From NCBI GenBank assembly GCA_963575745.1, contig CAUYUJ010000137.1, forward strand, positions 248,001 to 312,000: a DNA stretch of 64,000 nt, written 5' to 3'. The stretch is from Prorocentrum cordatum (taxonomy: Eukaryota). A program made the translations under genes and the position numbers. Shown piece by piece: positions 1-12,203 of this stretch (positions within the stretch are counted from its first letter, which is position 1; every line of letters starts with the position of its first letter). The notes beneath the pieces were generated by a model that was given only the letters and a program-made list of their open reading frames with translations, ran no database searches and was not told the origin of the DNA.

Positions 1-403
1 CCGTGGCCAAGACCGCGACGCGCGAGGCGCGACTGCCTCTCCACGCCCCCGCGGCGCCGCCACTGGTTCGCCCCGCCCGCCCCCCCCCGCCCCCGCGCCA
101 ACCCGTCTGCTGGCGGCGCTCAGTGTGGAACGCCCGCGCGGAGGTCGCCGCCGCGCCGACGCTGCCCAACCTGCCGAAACCCCCTCCTGGCCCCCGCCGC
201 CCTCCTTCGCCAGCGCCGCCACAGGCCTCCCGAGCGGGGTCGCAGCAGGTGGGGCCGGGCGATCGTGCCGCAGCGGCGATGCATCGGCGATGCATCGGCG
301 ACGTGGGCGATGCGTTGGCGGTGTGGGCGCGGAGAAAATCGGGCTCCACATCGAGCCGCAGCGCCAGCTGCATCACCGAGGCATCGGCGATGCGGATCTG
401 GTG

Positions 404-583
404 GGTGGCGACATGAGAACCCTACCCCCACCAACCATCGACTCCACTGAACCGATGGGAGGCGTGGGTAGGATCCGAACTTTGCCAGCCACATGTTCGA
501 CGCATTCCGAGCCCTGCCCCCCCACCGCCCGTCGGGTGGCCTGCATCGTTGATCGGCGAGGGTAGGGCTCAGATGTCGCCACC
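404..583. mobile_element. MITE with 3-bp TSD (GTG)
   Basis: TIR GGTGGCGACAT..GAGaaCCCTACC / GGTAGGGCTCAGATGTCGCCACC; GTG at 401-403 and 584-586. Confidence 0.75.
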
Positions 584-590
584 GTGACAA

Positions 591-765
591 TTGGGCGTGG
601 CTTAACGGGGGGGTCATAAATGGGGGGGTCAGAAACGGTCCCCTTTCGTGCCCCTTTCGGGCCCCTCCGGAGCCCCAGGGGGCTCGTTTAGGTACCGTTT
701 GGGTACCTTTTCGGATCACCCTCGCCACCCCCCCATTTATGACCCCTCCATTACGCAACGCCCAA
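591..765. mobile_element. MITE, TTGG...CCAA ends, 5-bp TSD (GACAA)
   Basis: ~38-bp TIR TTGGGCGTgGCtTAAcGGGGGGGTCATAAATGGGGGGG; GACAA at 586-590 and 766-770. Confidence 0.85.
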
Positions 766-1130
766 GACAATGACTGTTCCTTGTCCCCGGGTAGCGGTCG
801 TTACCAGTGGGGGGGGGTTCGGGCGGGAAGGTAACGGCAACAGCGGCCGCGGTGTGCACCCGCCAGGGCTCGTCCGCGCCGCTGGCGCATCACTCGCCCT
901 CGCGCACCACAGCTTTGGGGGGGGGGAGGGGCAGGCTCCCCCCCAATTACGATCGCGATCGTTAGCGCTACCCCGAGGGGTCAGGGGGCGGGAGGCTTTG
1001 GCCGGGGTGGCGAGCGTTGCCCTGGGGAGGAGCAAAGAAGCGTTCAGCCACTGGGATGCCCAGAGCCCAAGCCCAGAGCGCTGACTGACGCTGACGCCAC
1101 ACGCCCGCGCTCGCAACAAAGGGAGGAGAC

Positions 1131-1292
1131 TTGGCGGTGCGTACAAGGGGGTGGAGGTAGGGGGAGGGCTTCTTAGGAGGCTGCTTCATAGAAGGCGCCG
1201 GTCTTACATCTATAGATCAGGCCCGCGCCTTCTAAGCAACAGGGGTGCTTCTGAGAAGCCCTCCCCCCTCCCCCCACCCCCCTGCGTGGCTG
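1131..1292. mobile_element. MITE, same family as 36671-36835
   Basis: TTGGCGG...GGCTGA palindromic body with AGAAGGC/GCCTTCT core; close match to 36671-36835. Confidence 0.75.
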
Positions 1293-2789
1293 ACAGCGCG
1301 CTGACGGACGCCGACGCTACACGCCCGCGCTCGCAGCAAAGGGAGGAGACAGAGACGGGCGGGCGGCGGGACCCCAGCCACGCGGCAGGCCTGCGAGAGC
1401 GGCAGCACCGTGGGCGACGGCGCGAATGCCAGCAGCGCTGGCAGCGCCGCCTGCAGAACGTCGGGAGGTAACTGCTGGGGTGGTATTCGCCGGAAGGATT
1501 AATGGGACGCTCAGAGACATACTAGCAATACACGTCCTCCTTGAAGGCGAGCGCCCGACCGGAACATATAGTAGACCTATCGTGTAGTATATCCTTTCCC
1601 GAGCGGTGTGGCCAGAAAGCGGCGGCCGCGATACATCCACTGTAAGATTTCTCGGTGTGCGCGCCGACCCTGGGGGGCGACGCACATGTAGTATGATTAT
1701 GTTGAGGTGACGCCGAATGAAGGAGGATCGAGCCCCGAGTGAACGGGAGTAAACCGCATCAAGCGGGATTAGGCCGGTTTGAGCGGGAGTTGCGAGGCTA
1801 TGCCTCCTCTCGGCCTCGCTCTGAGGCTCCGCCGCTTCCTCCCTCCTCTTCTCTGCCTAATTCAAGCTTCGCGCGGCCCGCTTAGCTTCGACCAGAAGAG
1901 GTGCGCTCTCGACCCGCGGATCAAAAAACTGTTTGAGCGGGCGTGAACCGGACTACGCGGGATGAAGCTGGATTGAACTGGATTTCGGACTGGGGCAAAA
2001 TCAGACTTTGACCTCCTGGGAGCTGCATCCGGAAGAGGGAGGGTGCAAGACTGACAATCAGCACGCGCGGGCGGGGGGGCGACCCGGCAGCAGAGGAAAT
2101 GGGGTCACGAAAGACGTCTCGGCGAGAGCTCCCTTTTCCCCTGCCCCCCTTGTGGGCTTCCGTGCTCTGTTGCTCACCCCTCCCACCGCACCTCGTTTCT
2201 GACGGGAGCGCACGGGTGGATGATTGACGAGATCGGAGCAGAAAGCGAGAGGAAATGGGGCAACCACTCTCTACTTTGGGGGGAACAGCCGCCCATGAGC
2301 AGAGACGGAGAATAGAAACGGCGAAGAGGCCCAGGATTACAGGGGGAGCCAAAGGATTATCAAAATGTCCGCGCCCGCTCGCAGAAAGACCGCAACCGAA
2401 CAGTTCGGGATATTTTCGAGCGGGCGAGTGGTCCTCGATGAAAAATCGACCGACCCTATTGGCGTCTGTGAGGGGGGGTTCTGGGCTTGCCGTCTTCGGA
2501 GCACCCTTTGGCGTTCTCTTGGGCGTTCCCAGCTCTTCACCCTCTTTGGCGCTCCAACCTCGTCAACTCGAGGTGAAGAACCGAGCCATGTCGTGAGCGA
2601 AGTCGTAGTTGAGTCGAAGGGGAGAGGGGGTCCCGGGGGTGGGGGTCCCAGGGAGGGAGGGGTCCCAGGGGGGGGGGTCCCGGGGAGGGTCCTGTGGGGG
2701 TCCCGGGTCAGAATACGGTCTCTCCCGGTCTATTTTCAGGCCGCCTTCGATCGACTTTGGCCCTCCTTCGGCAGATCGGGTCCACAATG

Positions 2790-5030
2790 ATCCAAGAGGG
2801 GCCCACGAGGGGCCAGAGTCGCCGAAAGATTGCTCCAGGACGCCCAAGACGGCCTCCAAACAGCCCAAGGCGCCTCCAAGACGCTCCAAGAAGCCTCCAA
2901 GAGCACTCCGAAGAGGGTCCCCTGAGGCACAATGTATTGACTTTTCCTTAGTTCGTGACTGATTTCAGTGTGTCTGCCTTTGCGGCTTCCCGACGCTCCA
3001 AGACGACCCAACAAGGCCCACAGATCGCCCAAAGACGGCCTAAGAGCCGTCAAGAGGGCGTCCAGGGGGCCCAGACGGCCCAACAGGTCCCCCAGACGGC
3101 CCAAGAGGCTTCCAAGACGGCCCAAGACAGTCACAAGAACGCCCCAAGAGGGGCCCAGGAGGGCGAACAGGAACCGAAATGTGAAGCTCAAGATGCTCCC
3201 AGCAGGCCCCGAGAGGCTCCCAAGAGGCCCCCATGCGGCCCCGAGGCGGCCACAAGAGGCCCGAAGAAAGCCTCAAGACGCTCCAAGAGAACCACCAGGA
3301 AGGCCCGAGGAGGCAGAGGCCGATGATGTTCCTTAGGTTTTTGAAGGAGTTTGTTGCTTCTTTTCGGCCTTCCGACGGCCCGACATGGCCCAGGAGTCCC
3401 CAAAAATCACCACACAAGATCGCCCAGCCCAAGAAGCCTCCAAGATGGCCTCAGAACGGCCAAAGAGCTCCCAAGACCGCATCAGGAGGGCCCCAAGACA
3501 GCCCAAGAGGCCTCCAAGAAACCCAAGATGGCCTCCAAGACTGCCCTGGAGTATCCCAAGGGGGCCCCCAGACGGCCCAGAGAGGCCCCCAAGACAGCTA
3601 TCGACGGCGTCAAACGGGCCAGGAGCCCACCGAGACGGGCCAAAATGGCTCTAAGATGGCCCAAGACGGCCCCAGAGGTCCACACGAGGCCTCCAAGACG
3701 GCCCAAGAGGCATCCAAGAGGGCATCCAGAAAGGCCCGAAAAGGCCAAAACTATTGATTTGCCTTGGGTGTTGAAGGGTTTCCCAGTTGCTTCTTTCCGG
3801 CCTGCCGACGGCCCGAGACGGACCACGAGCCCAGAAAGATCGCCCAAGCGGCCACCAGGATGGCCCTAAAACGGCCCAAGAGGCCCCCAAGACGGCCCCA
3901 AGAGGGCCCCCAGGCAGCCCAAGAGGCCTCCAAGACGGCCCAAGTGGGCCCCCAGACGGCCCAGAGAGGCACCCAAGACAGCTTCTGGCGGCGTCAGACG
4001 GACCAGAAATGCCCTGCGACGGCCCGAGAGGCCCCCGAAGAGCCCCCAAAGGCCCTCAATAGTCCCAAGGAGGCCCTCAAGATGCCCCCAAGAGGCTGCC
4101 AGGTAGCTCCCAGGAGGCCCCAAGAGTGCCCGAAGCGGCTCCCAAGATGCCCCCTCCTCTTCCTCCTTTTCCTCCTTTTCCTCCTCCTCCTCCTCCTCCT
4201 CCTGATCTTCCCCGCCATCCTCCCACAAAAAGACCCCGAAGGATTTCTAAACAAGGGTTAGGGGAACGCATGGTCCGATAGCGTGGCAGAGCTCTTGCCA
4301 CAACGCTCGGCCACATGGGGCGATTTCAAAAGGCGGGGGGCGGCGGTGATTCGCCGTAGGCGTCTTCGATAATGCAAGAGGGTCCTGACATCGCCCGAAC
4401 GCCCCAAGAGAGCCCCCAGCGGGCCCCCACAAAATTCGAAGCAAGCCCTCAACAGTCACTGGTGCGGGCTGTTGCGGGAGCCCTCATGGACCCTCGTAGG
4501 CCCTTGAGAACTTCTTGCTGTCCTTTTGGGCGCCCTCTTCAGGCAGTTTGGGGCTCTCAGAGAGCCCGGAGAGAGCTCCAAGAGGCCTCCACTCCTCCCT
4601 CCTCCCTCCTCCCTCCTCCCTCCTCCTCCTCCTCCTCCTCCTCCTCCTCCTCCTCCTCCTCCTCCTCCTCCAGAGAGAGCTTCAAGAGGGTTCCCTGGTG
4701 GTCCCCTACAGTAGCATACCAAGGCAAGGTTGCGGGAGGGGCCGTGGGCCACGAAATCCAAGAGGGGCCTGAAATCGACCGAGCGCCCATCAGAGCCCCC
4801 AGAGAGCTCCCACAGACTTCTCCAAGAGACCACCATTCTCGACGCCCAGATGGTCAGGGATGGCGCTGCATTGTCGCCAAGACGATCCAAGATGCCATCA
4901 AAAACGCCACAGATTACCCCGTCTGACCTGAGATGGTCGCAATCTACTTCCAAGACGGCCCCGGATGGCGGTACGAGGCAATCATGAAGCCTGAGGAGGC
5001 TCCCAGAAGCCCGAAACGGCTGCCAAGAGG
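2790..5030 (+). repeat. Degenerate CCAAGA(C/G)GGC 10-11-mer repeat element
   Basis: Many ccaagacggc/ccaagaggcc units; same family at 22440-22745 and 30790-31905. Confidence 0.9.
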
Positions 5031-7330
5031 TCTCCTCCTCGTTATCTTCCTCCTAGTCCTCCTACTCTTTGTCGTCCCCATTATCCTCCTCCTAGTTACT
5101 CCTCCTCATTCTTCTCCTCCTCATGCTCGTCCCCCTCCTGCTCCCCCTCTTCATCCTCCTCCTCCCTCTCCTGATTACCCCCTCTTCTGCGAAAGCACAT
5201 AGGCAGATAGCTTGGCCAACCCGTGCTCCTCGTCATGCGCTGCTGTTGAACCTCATGAGGCTTGAGGGGAACTCTTCGAGCCGTCTGGTCCCAACCTTCC
5301 CGAATCGCAGACGCGCGTCCAAAGTATGGCATATCTGTGTGACGCAAATGCGACTCTGTCAGGACGCACATCCAGCACGAACGTCAAACAACGGACACAG
5401 CCTCACCCAACAGTTGGCCAGATTGCCCGTGGCGGCCGTGATGGCCCTGTGCACGGAGTTCCATGGCGACGGAGACGGCGTCTCCTGCATAGTGGTCGCA
5501 GTGGCCTTGAGCACGGGAAGCTAACAGCGTCTCACTCGAGGGTGGTCGTGGAGGCATGGCCTCGGAGACCCCAACGTTGAGCTATCCCCGCCTCGGGCGC
5601 AGCACCATTCCTTTCTGGCGAATTCCGACTCGCTCCCCATCCCGGATTCCATGCCACGTCTGCGACACCCAGAGCGGAACGACACTGGAAAGCAAAACCC
5701 ACGGGGTCCGATCACAACCATGTCCAATGGAATGAGTTGTTCCGTTGTTGCTGGCCTCGCAGGATGGCTTCGTCGATGTGGTCACCGTCTCCTTCGGCAC
5801 CGCACCACGGTGGAAACCGGCTACGAGGTACGTATCAGCATGTTCAGCCGCAATGCAAGAATGATCGCCGCCCCACTCGCTCCCGTCAGACGCGCAATGC
5901 TTCGTAGATAACGCACTGATTGCATCCGGATGCGCCAAGAAACATCTGCACACGGGTGTTGCCCTACATGCACGAGAGGCACGACCCACAGCAGCATTGT
6001 AATCGGAAGCAGTTTGCTGACACTTCGGACAATGACAGTAACGCACGCCAAGTGTGGTTAGAATCACCAGGTAGGAAAGACATAGGTGAGTCGATTGCGC
6101 TCGAGGGGGCGGTAAGGAGGTGGGGAACACTACTAAGCAGTCACAGAGGTTGATTGGCGCGGTGGTGTGCGCAAGCTCTGTGCGGCCCACAAGCATGCTG
6201 CTGCTGATGGGCACGGCGGTGCACACAAGCCCTGCGCTGCCCACACGACCTCGAGTGCGCGGGGATGCTATCAACCACTCGAAAGCAGTGTGGCGTTCAC
6301 AGGTGCGTTCAACAGGACCCGCGGTGCCCGCAGGGACAAGGGAGGGAGAGGCAGAAGGAGAAGGAGCAGAGGGCGAGGGAGAAGGAGAACCGAGGGGAGG
6401 AAGCAGGCGGCAAGTGCCCCGTTTGCTTCGCAACGCCCCTCGCGCTTCCACGCACGCAGGTCGCAGACACTGGTGGTGCATCTGCATCCGAGACGGAGGC
6501 GCCCAGCCCAATCATAGGTCTGGACACAATCGACATTCGAAACGGTTGGCGCTAGGCCACCGCCAATAGAGAATACGCAAGAGCACGTACATTGTTCCAA
6601 ACCCACGCCCTAAGGGGAGCCTGATCAAGCGAGGCCGTCTGAGCCAAGATTCTCGGGAGATCGATCCAACCAACAAATGTTGGGGGAGGAGCCAATACAC
6701 CGCGCTCGGTAGGGTACGTAATTCCCACGACGGGTACGCCCGCCATCGCGCACCACTGAGCATTACACAAGGATGCTTGAACAAGCCTGTGAGAAGCAGC
6801 CTCCACTGCGCCGCAGTGCGTGCACGACACAAAAAAGACGGTGGATATGTCTCATGCCTTCTCGGTAGTGGCAGCCGAAGGTGTCGTGGCCCACATCGTG
6901 GTGGCGCCGAAATCCTCGGAGCCCTGCACGGTGGGGGTCGCAGTTGTGGTCAAGTTTCCGCGGCCTCAGGGGCGGGCTCATGGGGACAGAGGGGCGACGG
7001 CGTGCGGACCATAGTGGACGTCGTGGACATGGTCGTTGGCGTCGGCGACGACGTGACGGTGTCGGAGACGGTGTCGCGACGACGCGTGCGTCAGCGGGCT
7101 GTTTGTGTTCACAGTGAACTCGTAACTCTTGTCTCAAGGCCTTCTGCATTGTTGTTCTAGCGTCCTCGGCCTCAAAGGCTCGACAACCTGGACCCCAGCG
7201 CCCAGCTCGGCTCTGATGTCGCAGTCGACCTGCACACGCCGCCGTCGCGCCCAATTGATGCTGCCGGACGCGTCAGATTGCACTCTCGTGTCGCGTGCAT
7301 CGATCATCCCACGAATGGTTCAGCACCGCA

Positions 7331-7565
7331 ATTGACCATGGACCGACCATCCTGGCGTTCCTATAGGCTTGCTGGGACACCTTCTTAGAACCCCCAAATG
7401 TTATCATAACAAGAGCAAGATTCTTAGAACATAACCCGATGCACTACAACAACACGGTCTCATACAGAAATGCTTTAAAAACATCTCGTGCAAATTACAA
7501 AAGGTTCTTAAAAACAATATTGGGTGGGCCTATAAGCAAGTCAGGGCGCTTCGCCACTGCTTGAC
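7331..7565. mobile_element. MITE with 3-bp TSD (GCA); shares family with 57662-57895
   Basis: ~38-bp TIRs ending in CCTATAGGC; GCA at 7328-7330 and 7566-7568; interrupts copy E coding relic. Confidence 0.8.
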
Positions 7566-7834
7566 GCAAGGCGCCTCGTGTTCAGGGTGAGATTCACGGA
7601 CGCCCACTGGTTCGACGCCTGCCTGTGCGGCGCTGTTGCCTCTCGCGGGCGTCTCGGCATCCGGAGGAGTCACACGGGCGTCAAGGTCCGACACTGGCAG
7701 GTACATCGATCCAATGACAGCAATTGCGGTGGTCGTGAAGGTCGTGAGCGCGGCCATGCCGGGCACGCCACGCTTGCCGAGCGGCCGCCGCTTTTGAATT
7801 GACAAGTGCGAGCACCGTTTGAACCAATTCATAT

Positions 7835-9005
7835 TATTTCCGCGATAGCGGCCGTCACTGGCCCCGCGCTCGCCTCCCCCCCCTAGGTGACGCCACGTTG
7901 CGCGCTGGCGGCGTCCGGGAATGCTCAGGGACGACCAAGACCAACCAGGAGCAGCGAGTAGGCGGCGATCTGCGCCACAGCGCCTGTGTACACCACAGTG
8001 CTTGCGTACACCACAGCGAATGTGTACACCGCAGCGGCCGTCTGCAACACAGCGCCTGTGTACACCACAATGCTTGCATGCACGGCAGCTCCTGCGCACA
8101 CCACAGCGCCTGTGCACACCAGATCATCCGCGCGCAACACTCACCACAGCGTCTGCGTGCATCACACCGCTGGTGTGCACCATAGCGCCCGCGCGCACAG
8201 GACGGGTAGAAAGAGCACGTAGGTGAGGATCTGCTGCGGTCAGCAAACTACCGCGCAAGGGGAGTGTTGATAATAGAAACGGTTGTCTTCCCTCCTCCCT
8301 CCTCCTCCCCTTCCTCCTCCTCCCCTTCCTCCTCCTCCTCCCTCACCCTCCCCCCCGTCGTGCGGGTCGGCGCTACACGCACTTACGCATCTCAGCGCGC
8401 ATCACGGAAAATGGTCGATTGAATCAGTCCGCTTGGTTCTCGGACGACCAACTCTGCGGGAGCCTATTGGACACAGATGGGAGGAGCTAGGATGATGCGG
8501 GAGGACTCGGGAGGACTCGTAGATTCCAGAGCCACTCCTTTTTCCATAAGGATTCCTTTACAGATCTCATATAAAACAAACATAATTCTGTCTGCACCAA
8601 TGGTGCTCTGTTGCACACGGTTGCTGCGGGCACAGGCGCCGTGGTGTACACAGGCGCTGTGGTGCACGCAGGCACTGTGGTGTACACTTGTGCTGTGTTG
8701 CACACGGCTGCTGTGGTGTACGCAGGCGCCGTGGTGTACACAAGCGCGGTGGTGCACGCAGGCACTGTGGTGCACACTGGCGCTGTGCTGCACGGGGCTG
8801 CTGTGGTGTACATAGGCGCTCACACAGGCGGTGTGGTGCACGCTGGCAGTGTGGTTCACACAGGCGTTGTTGTACAGATCGCAACCTACATGCTGCTATT
8901 ACCCGTATTCGGTCATTCCATTCCCAAACACCGCCCGCACGAAACGTGATGTCACCGGCCCCCTACTCCCCTCCCCGGTGACGCCCGTTATCGCCCCGGA
9001 ATAAA
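7835..9005. mobile_element. Foldback-like element with 18-bp tandem arrays in inverted arms
   Basis: 7835-8190 and 8600-9005 are diverged inverted copies, each with a unique outer ~140 bp plus a (CACCACAGCGCCTGTGTA)n array. Confidence 0.65.
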
Positions 9006-9841
9006 AAACAGACTCTCTTTGTTCGGTCACCGCGGCTTTACATTTGCGTCCGAGCTGCACGAAAGGCTCCTGCATGACCCCTCAGCGCACCTTGGAACAC
9101 CTACCCAGACAGGAAGGACGACTGCTGCTGCTGCTGCTGCTGCTACCGTGCTCAGGAACAGCAGCGCGACCACGAAGCCCGCGACACCCCCCCGTTGGAG
9201 AACGCCCGAAGAAAAGAGATTCCTGCTTGCCCCAGGCACATCGGAGTCGAGTACAGGCGCCGCCGCGTGGCTCTGGCTCGCTGCGGCACCGCTCAAAAGC
9301 GCTTCAAGAATCAGGGGTACTGCAGGACGCGACCACCGCCTGGGTCGTAAACACATCTTTGGGCAAAAATGGCTGCGGAGCCGATCGGATCGACGGATGT
9401 GTCAGTAAGAACCGTTCTGAGCAGGCCTGGCCACTGAACAACTAAGAGTTTGCAAGTCGCCACGCCGACGACGCGCTCAACATCTAACGAGTCAAACGAA
9501 CTCGGCATGCTGCCGTGCCATCACAGAACAATGAATCAAACTGAATTCGAAGGCCCCTGTGATCCTACGTTGAGCTCCAACCAGGCCACTACCCGCAGAA
9601 GCATGACGTAGGAATTCGTTGGAAATAGATTGGGCTTCCGCCCGCCTCCTAAAGATAAAAGGGAAAAGGGAATCCACTCGATCGTTGAAGTAGGAAGGCG
9701 CCTGAAGCTGGTTGGAGTCAAAGGATCCAGAAATACCTACTTTCAACTACCACCGAATACGAAAATCGCCTAGGAAAAGCAGCCGTGCGTCAGTTCTGGA
9801 TACAGGTTGCGCCTGGCCGAGGCTGGGCACGAGCCAGACCT

Positions 9842-10280
9842 GGAGGAGGAGGGGGAGGAGGGGGAGGAGGGGGAGGAGGGGTAGGAGGAGGAGGAGGAGG
9901 AGGAGGAGGAGGAGGAGGAGGAGGCGGAGGAGGAGGAGGAGGAGGAGGAGGAGGAGGAGGAGGAGGAGGAGGAGAGGGGAGGAGCAGGAGAAGGCGGAGG
10001 AGGAGGAGGAGGAGGAAGGAGGAGGAAGAGGAGGAGATAATGGGGGCGCACCCCAGAAGCTCTCGCTCGTCACGGGAGGCATGGCGACCCCACTTCTGGA
10101 CTATTTGTGATTTGTCGACTGGGCCAACGACTACAGCCAGACCGGGGGATACACGAAGGGGGGTGCGTCTCCCTCCTCCTCCTCCCTCCCGTCCTCCCCT
10201 CCCTCCCTCCTGCCTCCCTCCCTCCTTCCTCCCTCCCTCCCTCCCTCCCTCCTCCCTCCCTCCCTGCCCTCCCTCCCTCC
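9842..10280. repeat. (GGA)n and (CCCT)n low-complexity tracts
   Basis: Direct inspection. Confidence 0.95.
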
Positions 10281-10369
10281 ATCCGCGATAGGGGTGACCC
10301 TTGCAGAAACTCTGGCATCTTGGAGGACGAATCGCCTGCGATCTCGCTTCACTGGCGGAAGGAAGCGCC

Positions 10370-10564
10370 GGGAAACAAATAATGACATGAAAATATATGT
10401 TTCGGGGGTCCGCGCGGATTTCTCGGATCGGCGCTGGCACCCTCTGGCGGCGCCTCTGGCGCCGCCCCTGGCGCGCTCCGCGCCCACGAAAAGGAGTCCA
10501 GCGCCGATCGCAGACATCCGCGCGGACCTCCGAAACACCGTGTTTATGTGACTTTCTTGTTCCC
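10370..10564. mobile_element. MITE (inverted second copy at ~10890-11110)
   Basis: ~50-bp imperfect TIR GGGAAcAA...TGTTTCGGrGGTCCGCGCGGAT; no clear TSD. Confidence 0.7.
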
Positions 10565-11183
10565 CTAAAGAGGGCGGAGCCCGGGCAAGCAGGGAGCACA
10601 CCCGGGCCGCCGGCCTGCTTGGCGGCTGCTTTGGCAGAGCCGAACTGCATCAGCCTCAAGAACGGGTGGCTCTCTATCGCGTCGGACACCATCTTGGCGG
10701 CTGCCTCTGCCCTCCTCGCGGCCTCGGGACGGGAGCGCAGCACGCAGATTGGCGGCGGGCCCAGGGAGGCAGGCCTTCTCAGAAGGCGGCGGGGGCTCAT
10801 AAGCCATCACGCCTTCTGAGACGTCTTCGTGCAACTTTTCCGAAGACGAAGGCAGCCTTCTCCTCGCGTCCTCTGGACGGGAGCGCAGCACTACAAGAAC
10901 GACAAATTGCATAAACATAACCTTGCAGAGGTCAGCGCGGATTATTTGCATCAGCGTTGAGTAACGGATTCCTTGCATGCGCGCGGACCTCCCTGGGGCG
11001 CGGAACGCGCCAGGGGCGGCGCCAAGGGCGCCGCCAGGAGGTTCCAACGCCGATCTGGGAAAACCGCGCAGATCTTCAAAAGTTCATGTTTAAGTCATTG
11101 CTTGTACCCCGAGAGACTGGAGCACAACACGCAGGGCAGATGCCCAGAGCAACACGCGACCCCGCAAAATGAGTACGAACATA

Positions 11184-11338
11184 CAGTCGGACTTGATTGG
11201 ACAGGACACGCGAGAGGACACAAGACCCTCATTCCGAGAGCCACATTGCCATCGGAATGTAGGAGCATGAGTTGCCAGACACAATACACAAGGGCATCCT
11301 TTAATTGGTAAGGTCGACCTGCTAATCAGGGCCGACTA
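11184..11338. mobile_element. Tc1/mariner-type MITE (TA TSD)
   Basis: TA|CAGTCGGacttGATT ... AATCagggCCGACTA|TA. Confidence 0.7.
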
Positions 11339-11557
11339 TACATTGCTGCCTGCCTGCGCGCAAGCACCAACGATCTCTGATCAGACTCTGGCGGGAAGAA
11401 AGGGCTGCTCTGGAGAACCCAGCCGCTGGCACTGGCGTGTCCAACGGGAAACCCAAGCTCTCACGAGCCGACCTCGGGCGTAAACTCCCAAGAGTCCCAG
11501 GTGCGTGCTGAATCTAGATGCGGTCCCTGCGCCGATTATGGACAACTCACGAGCGGC

Positions 11558-11724
11558 GCACATATCCGTATCCGCGCCCTCGAGGTCTGGAATCCAGGGA
11601 GGAATTCCGCGGCTACGCGGTCGCACGGATACGCTCCGCGCGTGGCATCCGCGAAAGAATGCCCCGTACCCACGGGGTCGTGGCCCAGGGGCCTGGCCGG
11701 CGAGGCCGCGGATACGGATATGCG
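11558..11724. mobile_element. MITE inserted in copy E TM12-13 region
   Basis: TIR CATATCCGTATCCGCG / CGCGGATACGGATATG; related fragment at ~58625-58700. Confidence 0.7.
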
Positions 11725-12166
11725 TTTCGCCCAGAATGTACCGAGCAATCAGCAGTGGTAATAAGGATGCGCGGTGAGGATGCGAGCCGCGTCCGCGCCA
11801 ATGTTGAAGTTGTCCGAACGGTCTGGTCATCGAAAAACGTGCAAGATGGACTGGAAACGCAAGAATGAACTGCAAGAAGACCCGTGGAAACATGACCCAT
11901 CCTGATTCTGGAGTTCGGCTGCAAATTTTCAAGATGCATGCCGAGGACGTGACGCCGCTACTGTTATGTCTTGCCGTCGGTCCTGTGGATGTCCGCCTGT
12001 CGCTGCCTTACCCAAGAAAGGTCGCTGAAAACAGAACGGGCGGACGTCCTTGTCAAAGTCACGATACACAGCACAACACAAATTCCACGGTGAGAAGGCC
12101 GAAAAGTCATTCACCGTCCCTGGGTGCGTGGCTGGAGTAGAGGTGTGCGGCGGGTATGATGTTCGG

Positions 12167-12203
<37 letters not shown>

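Larger units (their letters stand above)
980..6090 (-). pseudogene. SLC9C/SOS1-like CPA1 Na+/H+ exchanger relic, copy F (transmembrane half)
   Basis: Minus ORF 5821-6051 VIVRSVSKLLPITMLLWVVPLVHVG...AIILALRLNMLIRTS resembles the N-terminal R-x-x-LPYTVxLL and LLxxFLPxLxFES motifs. LNVGVS (~5570) resembles LNDG. AAVPPKVES (~2280) resembles SPEVE. RVLIVSLAPSLFR (~2050) resembles TM11. Motifs are collinear but broken by stops, frameshifts and repeats. Confidence 0.55.

Noticed and set aside
9357..9379. Dinoflagellate spliced-leader relic on the minus strand (TCCGCAGCCATTTTTGCCCAAAG) before an ATG
   Set aside because: Several mismatches, and it lies inside the collinear S3-S4 coding relic (SAAIFAQ) of copy E, so probably coincidental; not fully excluded.
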